DNA of 64,000 nt from Eledone cirrhosa (taxonomy: Eukaryota), in contig OZ024758.1 of the NCBI GenBank assembly GCA_964016885.1, positions 15,810,001 to 15,874,000 on the forward strand. Direction: 5' to 3'. The translations under genes and the position numbers were made by a program. Under the pieces are notes generated by a model, which saw only the letters and a list, made by a program, of their open reading frames with translations, had not been told where the DNA came from and searched no databases. How positions within the stretch are numbered: position 1 is the stretch's first letter; every line of letters begins with the position of its first letter. This document shows, piece after piece, positions 53,417 to 64,000 of the stretch.

Positions 53417-53591
53417 GTTTCTACTTTAGGCACAAGGCCAGCAATTACCCAGTGCATTACTGGTACTTTATTTTATCGACCCCGTAAGGATGAAAGGCAA
53501 AGTTAACCTCGGCGGGATTTGAACTCGTATATATAATGATAGATAGATATAGATATATGCGTACATAGATACATGCATACACACATACACG

Positions 53592-53630
<39 letters not shown>

Positions 53631-54195
53631 GCATATATACAAACAGACATACATACATCTCATCCTCACCCCCACCGGAAAAAAAACTTACCCTCCCCCA
53701 ACCACAAATAAAAACATACATACATAATTGTTGCACCTCAGTTTCGAGAATGACCATGCCTTGACCTTTTTCTCATACATTGGTGACACAAACATGACAT
53801 TTTAGCCCTACCAAGGACTTAGATTCCTTTCTGCATATGCTGCAGTGAAAGAAAAAAGAAAAGGCCTTGCTCACGGAACACATGTGAAAGTCATTTAGAT
53901 GAAGTAATGTCTGTGTTTGAAGCTTTTTTAAGTGAAGAAAGGTCCTGCACTGGACCAATCCCACTCTCTGAACATCGGTGCCAGGTATAAAAAAAGAAGA
54001 ACAGGTCAACATTATTGGCTGCCATCAAGTCCCAGGTTTTACATCCGAGGTTTACTTCTCCTAGAATGATGTCCTAACAAGAACTAGGGGTCTCTCACCC
54101 CTCGGTGGGCTAACCTCGCGTTCGGGCATCAAACCGTGTATTTCTATGTCCCTGTGCATACATACATTCGTACAAACACACACACACACACACAC

Positions 54196-54231
<36 letters not shown>

Positions 54232-54319
54232 GTATGTGATTCAGTGAATTACTGGTGGTACATGTAGTATATGACACATGTAAACTTACTGTAGAAAATT
54301 CGGAATTGGAAGGGTACAG

Positions 54320-54752
54320 GCAGGGCTTAATTGAAGAAGCAAAGGTTAATTGAAGAAGCAGGGGGTTAACTGCACAAGTAGGGGTTAACTACACAAACAG
54401 GAGTTAACTACACAAGCAGAGGTTACCTGAAGAAGCAGGGGCTGGCTTAACTGTAAAAAAACAGGGGTTAACTGCACAAACATGGGTTAACTGCAGAAAC
54501 AGGAGTTAACTACAGAAACAGAGGTTAACTACAGAAACAGGGGTTAACTGTAAAAACAGGGGTTAACTACATAAGCAGGGGTTAACTACACAAGTAGGGA
54601 AGTAGGGATTAACTGCACAAGTAGGGATTAACAGCACAAACATGGGCTAACTGCAGAAACAGGGGTTAACTACAGAAACAGGGGTTAACTGTAGAAACAA
54701 GGGTTAACTACACAAGCATGGGTTAACTGTAGAAACAGGGGTTAACTGTACA
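54320..54752. repeat. About 20-bp minisatellite
   Basis: Unit GGGGTTAACTGTAGAAACAG. Confidence 0.9.
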
Positions 54753-55536
54753 ATTAAAATAATCACTGGCTGGGGCTAAACAGCACCTACACGGATATTA
54801 TCAATAGAAGATTCTAGAGATCGAAGTAAATCAAAATTTGACAATAACGAAAGCTTCAATAACTTATATAGAATTTATGTTCTGATTCTGAACACCTGCT
54901 GAAGTCAACCTTGCTTTCCATCCTCCCGGGGTAATTAAAATATAGTAGCAGTACCACACTGGGGTCGATATAACCGACTTTCCCCTCCCCCAGAAAATCG
55001 TTCGCCTTGGGCAACATGCTTAGCGGCATAGAGTTATGGCCATTTACGTTCTGATTTTGAACCCCACTGAAGTCAACCTTGCCTTCCATTTTTCCGAGGT
55101 CAATAAAATAAAGTACCAGTAATGTACTAAGGTCGATTTAATCGTCTTTCTCTCCTCCAAAATTGTTGGCCTTGTGCCTAAATCAGAAACCATTATTATT
55201 AGGGCGTCGGACAACATACTTTGCAGCATATAGTTACGTCCCTTTACGTTTTGAATTTAAATCCTGCCAAGGTTAGCTTTGCTTCTCGTCCTTACGGGGC
55301 CGATAAAATAAAGTACCAGCAATGCACTGGAGTCGATTTAATTGCCCCCCCCCCCCTCCCAAATTACCCGGGGTCGATAAGATAAAGTACCAGTAATGCA
55401 CTGGGGATCAATTTAATCTACTTCCCCCTCCACCCAACTCAACCTCTTCAATACATATTTTAGGACTTACCAGCCACACAAATGTCATTTGTTGTTTCGC
55501 TTGGCACAAAAAAATGTCACAGAAATGTCACAATAT

Positions 55537-55569
<33 letters not shown>

Positions 55570-56565
55570 CATACACACATACATACACACAGACACACAT
55601 ATACACACACATACACAGATATACACATACACACACACACATATACACAGACATACATATACACACATACACAGACAAATACACACATACAGACATACAC
55701 ACACAGACACACATACATACACACATACAGACATACACACAGACATACACACACATACATACACACACAGAGACATACATACACATACACACAGATACAC
55801 ACAGACATACACATATACAGATACACACATACATACAGACACACATATACACGCACTAACACAGACACATACACACACACAGACACATACACACACACAG
55901 ACACAGACAAACACAGACACACATACACAGATATACAGACAGACACACACACACACCTACAAAGAAATATAAATACATTAGGAGAAAAGTCACAATTCAA
56001 ACAGTATACACACACACACACATACATACAAACACACAAACACACACATACAAACACACACACAAACACACATACAAACACACACACACATACAAACACA
56101 CACACACAGACACACACACATACAAACACAGAAATATATATATACACTAGCAGTAACACTAACACTGATTTATAATAGAGTAATACATGAAGACATATAC
56201 GATATGTTTATGTATAATACACATATATAAGTCTCGCTATGAGTATTTAAAGTTGTGATCATGTCGCAGCTACCTCAGTAAGAGTAAAGACCCCTCTTCG
56301 GTCATGAATGACCATGGGTTTTGCACCTAGAACGTTCCCCTCCGAGTCACAAGTCCAGTCCAGCAGCCGCCCATGCATAACAGTCTCCCTCTCCACGCCA
56401 CCGATGTTTTCATTTCTACAGCTGAGTAAACTGGAGCAATGCGACTTAAAGTGTCTTGCTCAAGGACATAACGCATCACCTGGTCCGAGAATCGAACTCA
56501 CAGCCTCCCGATTGCAAGCCCAATGTTCTAACCACTAAGCCATGCGCCCCAGTAGCTGTGTGAGA

Positions 56566-56613
56566 ACATCAGACACTAGTGTTTCATGATGTTTTATCCA
56601 TCATCAGCGACGT
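56566..56613 (-). ncRNA. Hammerhead ribozyme with degenerate helix II
   Basis: Minus strand: ACGTCG-CTGATGA-tgGAT aaaac ATCat-GAAA-CACTAGTG (palindrome)-TC-TGATGT. The two core-proximal helix II pairs are mismatched. Confidence 0.6.
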
Positions 56614-56734
56614 ATATTCATCCAGTACTTCTTCTTTTCGTATCTTCGAAGCATGTGGTTATATGACAGTTTCCCATTTCTTTACACAGTCCTTTGCATT
56701 ATTATTAAATTCTACGAGATCTTTTAAGCTGCAC

Positions 56735-56836
56735 TGGTTGGGTAGTAGAGGGCAAACTAGGCAGTGCTGCATCGTATGGTCCTCCTCTCCACATTCGCAG
56801 ATGGTAGGGCCGGTCTTGTAGCCCCATCTGGCCATA
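56735..56836 (-). mobile_element. LINE C-terminal zinc-finger fragment (RTE-X-like)
   Basis: Minus strand reads RWGYKTGPTICECGEEDHTMQHCLVCPLLPNQC. Confidence 0.6.
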
Positions 56837-57113
56837 GCTTATATACTTTATGTGTATACCGTGTAAAACATCTGTAGGAGTTGCTCATTTTCAATCCCAG
56901 CCAATCAAGAAAGTACTATATGCAAATGAAGTTCCCCAGCAGATTTCTTTTTAATGCGCAATTAGCCAAACGTGGTTAGTACGGCTACACCCATGACATG
57001 ACCAAAACCAAACAAAAAGTAGTGAAGACCAACTAGAGAGAGGTTCCTCCAACAGGAGTGAAAAAGGCCCCGGGTTGGATTTGATTGGAAGTATATAAGC
57101 TATAGTTCGGTAC

Positions 57114-57182
57114 CGTGTGAGTAAATGTCACTGATGACGGGTAAAACATCTAGAAACACAAGTGGCTGGTGTTCTCACACGG
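57114..57182 (+). ncRNA. Degenerate hammerhead ribozyme (same family as 56566)
   Basis: AATGTCA-CTGATGA-cGGGT aaaac ATCTa-GAAA-CACAAGTG-GC-TGGTGTT. Cleavage triplet reads GGC instead of GUC; outer helix CCGTGTGAG/CTCACACGG. Confidence 0.55.
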
Positions 57183-57408
57183 CTACTATGGTAGCTGTGA
57201 TATGACTACAGCTTTAAACACCCATAGCGACACCTATGTATGTTTATTATATATATCGTATATGCCTTAATAAGTATGTATGTACGTGTATATAGATACA
57301 CATTTAATAAGTATGTATGTACGTGTATATATATACGCATTTTGTACGCTATAGTCACTTATATATTATGGAATACTGTTGGCTTCTTGCTACAATAATT
57401 TCTATACT

Positions 57409-57468
<60 letters not shown>

Positions 57469-57798
57469 ATGCATATATATATATGCTTGTATGTATGTAT
57501 ATATATGTATGAACCCATAACTCCTCATGGAGTCGTAGAGTCACCATAGTGACAAGCAGCGTGTCTCGGACATTTTAAACCTGGTGGAGCCCATCTCTTC
57601 TCAAGATCTGTCACACCCAATTTCTTCTGGAGAAGGAGAGAATCATAGAAACAGAGAGAGAGAAAAAGATGTAGAGGAAGAATCGATCCCCAATACTCTA
57701 CTGGTATCTTTTTTATCGACCCCAAAAGGATATGTATATATTTATTTACATACGGGCATTTAACTGGTTACATAAAACCAGGAGGAAATGAAACGACT

Positions 57799-57862
<64 letters not shown>

Positions 57863-57899
57863 TACATACATACATACATACATACATACATACATACAT

Positions 57900-58165
57900 G
57901 ATGGTCTTACTTTATGACTGCGAAGATGACTTTCGAGTCCAGCTTTGCTTAGGCAGAGTCTCGCACAGACGCTGCATGTCAGCACCATAGGAGGACCCTC
58001 GCCGTCTGGAAGTGCAACAGCAATGCCCTTCCTCACATCCCGCTTTACTTTCTCGTATGCGATTCGAGATGCCTCAAAGGCAACTTTTCCCTCATATACA
58101 GTCTTTCTCCATGTATTACGATCAGCAGCAACATTTTCCCATGTATCAGCAGAGATGTTAGCGTA
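57900..58165 (-). mobile_element. RTE/BovB-like LINE 3' fragment with C2H2 finger
   Basis: TWENVAADRNTWRKTVYEG...CSVCARLCLSKAGLESHLRSH; flanked by (ATAC)n. Confidence 0.75.
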
Positions 58166-58582
58166 CATACATACATACATACATACATACATACATACAT
58201 ACATACATACAACATTACTGGGTTCAACAATTTGCTCAGGGTGGCAACTATAGAAGAGGAGTTTTCCAAGCAGCTTCTAGTACAACAAAAAGAAAATCAT
58301 ACGAAATAAATCACATTTAAAGAGGAAAACTTCATGATATGAGTCAGCTGCTGGCTTGTAGGCTTCACCTTTTCATGTACTAGCTATGTCTCTTTATATT
58401 GATATTGGCAACTTTGTTATAGATGAATTGGTAAAAGAGGAATTAAGAATGACCTGTAGGTTGTGTTTCCTTTCTGTTTATAGATTATCCTTTTATCTAT
58501 CTTCTATTGAATTCTTCACGTAACACACACACACATACACACACACACACACATACATATATATATACACACACATATATAC

Positions 58583-58882
58583 AGCAGGTCCGAACACAAA
58601 GGAACCAAACTTCCACTGTCATTGCCTCCATCTCTCACTATTATGAGCAAATGGGGGCCCACGCGCTGGCCGCCCGGGCGGACAGAATAGAGAAGGTGTT
58701 TCCTCGGAGGATGGTGAGGGAGTGGCGCTGGAAGACCCAATTGCAGCTCGCGAGGCTCACACCTGCGGGTAGCCAACTCTATGCCGATGGTGGTCAGCAG
58801 GGAGGTGGCCCTAGAGCCAAGAGCACCAGAAGTTTCCACTGCCATGGGCTCGACCGCAAGCCTGTCGGAGAGCGACCGATGC
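58583..58882 (-). mobile_element. CRE-clade LINE 3' fragment
   Basis: EPMAVETSGALGSRATSLLTTIGIELATRRCEPREL then a frameshift; shares its 3' UTR with 15039-15310. Confidence 0.75.
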
Positions 58883-58951
58883 TTTCAGAAATGACAGTTG
58901 TTGAAAACTGTTGATAGTCTACGTCAGATAAAAAAATCAATCTGTATGAAG

Positions 58952-59130
58952 TTTAGAAGTCAGCCAATTGGAAGAATTGTTAGAAGAATTGTTAGAAGAA
59001 TTGTTTAGAAGTCAGCCAATTGTTTAGAAGTCAGCCAATTGTTTAGAAGTCAGCCAATTGTTTAGAAGTCAGCCAATTGTTTAGAAGTCAGCCAATTGTT
59101 TAGAAGTTAGCCAATTGGAAGAATTGTTAG
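58952..59130. repeat. 19-bp minisatellite
   Basis: Unit TTAGAAGTCAGCCAATTGT. Confidence 0.9.
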
Positions 59131-59736
59131 AAAGTCGAATAGGAGACTTTGCAGTATTCATTCCAGCTGTTCTCGTTTTGTATTCAAATCCTCAGAGGTC
59201 AACTTTTCCTTTCATCCTCTCGAGGTCGATAAAAAAAAATGTACCAGCCAAGTATTGGGGGTTGATTCTTCTTTCTACCCCCACCTCCCCATTCTCTCTC
59301 TCTGGAAAGAAGGAATCAACTGTGTTCTGACCTGAAGAGGGGATGGGTTTCTTCAGGTTTAAAATGACCAAGAAACACCGTATGTCACTACGACGCCCAT
59401 AAAGACTCCATCAGGAGTTATGGGTAGGTCCATACGTCGATAACTTTTAGAAGAGTAGGAAAGTGTAATTGCTTTGGGGGAGTATAGAATATAACAGTTC
59501 ATTTTTCTTGCTCTTCGTGTAACAGTAAATAAAAAAAAAAAAAAAAATACGAATTAGAAAGAGAAGTGATGATTAAACAAGGAGGTGCTGCCGTAAGGAG
59601 GTAAGATAAAAAAAAAAAAAAAAGAAAAGAAAGTTTGACTGGGCGTAGTGCCGAATATAGGACAAATGAGGCCCATTACTTGGATCCTGAAGGAGGTAAA
59701 AAAAAATTGGGGCAGGAAGATGTCGGTTGGTTTTGC

Positions 59737-60572
59737 CTGTAAAATCCATCCAGCGATTCTCTCCTGAGACATTCTAACCACATGTCCATAGTATCGGAGC
59801 TATGATCTCTCAATTCGGAGAAGTAGCGGCTCTACCTGGAGTGACTCTCTGATCTCTGAGCTACAAATCTATCCAGCAATTCTTTCCTGAGACATTCTAA
59901 CCACATGTCCATAGTATCGGAGCTATGACTTCTCAAGTCGGAGAAGTAGCGGCTCTACCTGGAGTGACTCTCTGATCTCTGAGTTACAAATCTATCCAGC
60001 AATTCTTTCCTGAGACATTCTAACCACATGTCCATAGTATCGGAGCTATGATCTCTCAATTCGGAGAAGTAGCGGCTCTACCTGGAGTGACTCTCTGATC
60101 TCTGAGCTACAATTCTATCCAGCAATTCTTTCCTGAGACATTCTAACCACATGTCCATAGTATCGGAGCTATGATCTCTCAATTCGGAGAAGTAGCGGCT
60201 CTACCTGGAGTGACTCTCTCATCTCTGAGCTACAATTCTATCCAGCAATTCTTTCCTGAGACATTCTAACCACATGTCCATAGTATCGGAGCTATGATCT
60301 CTCAATTCGGAGAAGTAGCGGCTCTACCTGGAGTGACTCTCTCATCTCCAAGCTACAAATCTGTCCAGCGATTCTCTCCTGAGACATTCTAACCATATGT
60401 CTATAGTATCGGAAATGTGATCTCTCAATTCGGAGAAGTAGCAGCTCTACCTGGAGAGACTCTCTGTTCTCTGAGCTACAAATCTGTCCAGTGATTCCTT
60501 CCTGAGACATTCTAGCCACATCTCCATAGTATCAGAGCTGTGATCTCTCAATTCGGAGAAGTGACAGCTCCA
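59737..60572 (-). repeat. 123-bp tandem array (about 7 copies) derived from RTE LINE coding sequence
   Basis: Period 123; minus strand reads ESLQVEPLLLRIERS.LRYYGHVVRMSQERIA, an RTE/Rex3-like thumb region. Confidence 0.9.
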
Positions 60573-60639
60573 CATGCCTCGCTATCAAAGTAAAAATACA
60601 TTTTTGTTCTGTGAACATGTCACAGATATCTCAGTAGTC

Positions 60640-60702
60640 GTTGAGAATGCCAGACAGCTGTTTCAAGATAAGTTAATCTCTCATCAGTGACATCCACTCA
60701 AC
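60640..60702 (-). ncRNA. Minimal type I hammerhead ribozyme
   Basis: Minus strand: GTTGAG tg GATGTCA-CTGATGA-GAGAT taactt ATCTT-GAAA-CAGCTG (palindrome)-TC-TGGCATT CTCAAC. GUC cleavage triplet. Confidence 0.82.
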
Positions 60703-62516
60703 CGGTAGTTTATTTTCATCACGCAAATGAGCATCTCCAGCAAATGTTTGTCACTACGGCGACCCCTAAAACTCCATCGGGTCTATATACATACATAGTA
60801 ACATTATGAACACATGTGTAATGTTCTCCATTTTGAAAATATCCCCCCCCCCCCACCTCACGAATACACACATGTATATATATATATATATATAACAAAC
60901 CAAACGGCACAGTACATGGAAGGAATATATTAGTTAAAATATATAACAGTACATGGAAGGAATATATTAGTTAAAATATATAACGCTTAAAATAGCAAGG
61001 AGAAGGTCTTAACATTTCGGACGCTAGTCCTGTGTGTGTGTGTGTGTGTGTGTGCGCGCACGCGTGTGTGTGCATATGTGTCCATGCATATGAATATATG
61101 TATGTAAGTGTACGTACGTTTTTCTTTCTTTAATTTTTATTTATTTATTTATCTCAGGATATCTTTTAATAAGTTACGAAGGGAATTGACAATTTATTCG
61201 ATATCAATATAATACAAAGGATTATTTCATCGATATTAGACCTTGTGTTAAGATTTATATGAAAATATATAAGGCATGTTATACGTAGTTATATATAAAT
61301 ACGATATCGTCTGCAACCATTTCTTTGACAAGGTTTATATTACTGACCACAGTCTGAACAAAATCTGCCACCTATTTCTCTGTGGAAAACATCTTTCTAC
61401 AGCAAATGGATGGAAGAAGAAGAAGAAGAAGAAGAAGAAGAAGAAAGGGAAGAAGAAAGAAAACGATAGATAGAAAGAAGAGGAACAGAAATACAAATGA
61501 TTCTAGAAGAAAAACGACAAAATCTACTGCTGCTGCTGCTGCTGCTACTACTACTACTACTACCACTACCACCACTACTACTACTACATAACAACAATAC
61601 ATTATAACAACAATATATATATATAGATAAATATAATAACAACGTGTTGAGAAGATTATTTTTAAGCCTTGTTGCCACATTTTCGTTATTTTTACTGCTC
61701 TCCCCCTCTCTATCTATAGATATCCTTCTCTCTTTCCTCCCCACCCCTCTCTATCTATCTATTCGTCTCTCCCTCTCTATTTATCCCCCTCTCGATCTCT
61801 CCTTCCCCATCCCTTTCTATCAATCAATTTCTCTCTCTCCTGCCCCTCCCCCTCTATCTATACATCTAACTCTCCCCTCCTCCCTCTAGCTATCTCTCCG
61901 TCTCTCTCCTCTCTACCTATCTAACTCTCCCTTCTCTCTCTATCTCCCTCTCTCTTCGTCTCCCATCCCTCTCTATCTATATATCACCATCTCTCTCTCG
62001 ATCTCTCCCTCTATCTATCTAACTCTCCCATTCTCCCTCCTTCTATCTCTCTCTTCTCCCCCATCACTCTCTATCTATATATCACCATCTCTCTCTCTCG
62101 ATTTCTCCCTATCTCTCTCTATCTACCCCCCTCCCCCTCTCTATATATCACTCTCAACCTTCGTTTATCGTCTGCTAAAACCGCATTGTCTATTACGTCA
62201 GTCAGACATTAACCTATGGGCGAAAGCATTTATTGCAACTCATTCAGCCACCCGTTTCCCACCCTTTCCTAACAATTCCTCTCTGTTGATATATTTTAAT
62301 CCCCTATTATTTTAATTTGTCTTCCTTTCCTCGGATATTCTATTTATTTCTATCACAGTGTGTGTGATTCTCAAACGGAATACATTTAGTTCCCAAAAGA
62401 GAAATTTTAGTCGAAGGAGGAATTTAGGTGGATGGGGACCCATTTAATAAAGGAAAGAATATATATATATATATAACGATATTAACAAATGGAAACTATA
62501 TTTATAAAACCATATT

Positions 62517-62581
62517 TATTTCATTATACATATTTCAAGGACACCAAGTTAAATTATGGTGTGCTTTCATCAGACAAAATA
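62517..62581 (-). ncRNA. Minimal type I hammerhead ribozyme
   Basis: Minus strand: TATTTTGT-CTGATGA-AAGCACACCA(10 nt)TGGTGTCCTT-GAAA-TATGTA-TA-ATGAAATA. Confidence 0.72.
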
Positions 62582-62691
62582 TAATATAGATCAGTTTTAT
62601 AAATAAATATTGACATACCCTTAAAAAAATGCAACCATTAGTGTTAGAAGCTCCCGGATAGTATAAAAATGTTTAAATTAAATATAACCTC

Positions 62692-62733
<42 letters not shown>

Positions 62734-62887
62734 GAGGTTATATTTAATTTAAAAAAATTTATAACTGATATAAAGCACTCAACATGTTAGTGGAGTAAAT
62801 ATACAATATATTAATAAATGGAAACTATATTTATAAAACCATATTTATTTTATTTTACATATTTCAAGGGCAATATATATATATATA

Positions 62888-63080
62888 TAGCTTAAAATGG
62901 AGTGAGAATAAGAAGAAATCAAGAACAGGGGGGTCCTCATCAGTTGTCTACTGGGGGTCTCGGATATTCCCCCAGAAGACAACTGATGAGGAAAACTCCA
63001 CCCCACCCCGTTCTTGCTTTCTTCTTATTCTCACTCCATTTTAAGCTACCTTAACTAGCAACTACACAGCCAATCCTATT
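62888..63080. mobile_element. Hairpin-plus-tail element with hammerhead remnant
   Basis: Arms TAGCTTAAAATGGAGTGAGAATAAGAAG and its inverse; contains CTGATGA-GGA aaac TCC but GAAA and helix III are absent. Confidence 0.5.
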
Positions 63081-63287
63081 CTCTCTCTCTATATATATAC
63101 ATACATACACACATACATATACATACATACATATACATACACACACATATATATATACATTCATACACATACATATATATATATATATATACAAGGTGTT
63201 ACCCCAAAATGTATACATACTTCAACAGCATTCTAATAAATATTGCCTGTATAGGTAATCAAAGTGTGTATACATTTTTGGGGACAC

Positions 63288-63386
<99 letters not shown>

Positions 63387-63623
63387 TCTGAGAAAATGTA
63401 GAAATCTCAAACGTAGAAAATAAATCACTGGAAACGAACCAGTTCTAATGTCACTCTCACTAATGTCAAACTCTTCAGAATATGAAGACTTTATTTTATT
63501 ATATTATGGTCTCACATTAAAAAACAAACTAGAAATAAAATACGCTTTTAATAATTTATGTTAATAATTCCAATTAGATTATAATTTAAACAGACATAGT
63601 TATGTATATAACTATATACATAA

Positions 63624-63795
63624 CTGTTATACTTTGAGAGGGTCATGTTTGCTAATAAGAAACACACGCACCAGTTGCTTTCACTCTTTTCACTTTTCTT
63701 ATTGGCAACATGACCCTCCCAAAGTATAACAATATTGGTTTCAACACACGGTTTCAGATAAAGAATCTTGCTAAACAAATTCAGAAACGAAATAT
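63624..63795. mobile_element. Hairpin-plus-tail element; related to 47708-47812
   Basis: Arms GTTATACTTTGAGAGGGTCATGTT / AACATGACCCTCCCAAAGTATAAC plus a tail. The same arm sequence occurs at about 47775-47810. Confidence 0.5.
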
Positions 63796-64000
63796 ATACA
63801 TAACCATGTATGTTTAATTACCCTAACGTAAACACAAACTGACTCAAAAACAATGTTATCCACAAACTCAACAAATATTATTTATATACTCTCAGGTCTT
63901 GAATAATCGTTCCCCCACCCCTTGCTTATAAAATTTTGCTAATTTATCTCCGGCGAAATTTTATTGGAAGTGATTCTTATTGAAACAGCAGCTGGAGAAT

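Noticed and set aside
54020-54140. HDV-like ribozyme at an RTE-like 5' region
   Set aside because: I could not build the nested double pseudoknot by eye; only an RTE-like UTR motif is visible.
59320-59390. CTGAAGA...GAAACA..TGTC hammerhead-like string
   Set aside because: No helix II closure and no helix I pairing.

Overview
This is AT-rich, microsatellite-saturated animal genomic DNA, not prokaryotic. The SINE families resemble those I recall from octopod cephalopods (inference). Two conserved protein-coding genes lie in tandem on the + strand: a 5-exon ARL6IP4/SR-25-like SR-related gene (16733-23339, about 259 aa) and a two-exon RPAP1 (24659-30567, about 1367 aa). The rest is repeats: about 20 tRNA-derived SINE copies of one family plus other SINEs, RTE and CRE-clade LINE fragments, Tc1/mariner/pogo, hAT-like and piggyBac-type MITEs, and many mini- and microsatellites. 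These repeats account for almost all the ORFs in the six-frame track. The most notable unannotated signal is 11 type I hammerhead ribozyme motifs read by eye on both strands, 8 with intact cores and helices, plus several half-motifs. They belong to at least six unrelated sequence families. Many sit in small non-coding 'long inverted repeat plus unique tail' elements next to (TA)n tracts, an architecture matching non-autonomous Penelope-like retroelement derivatives. All RNA folds are manual; no folding software or database search was run.
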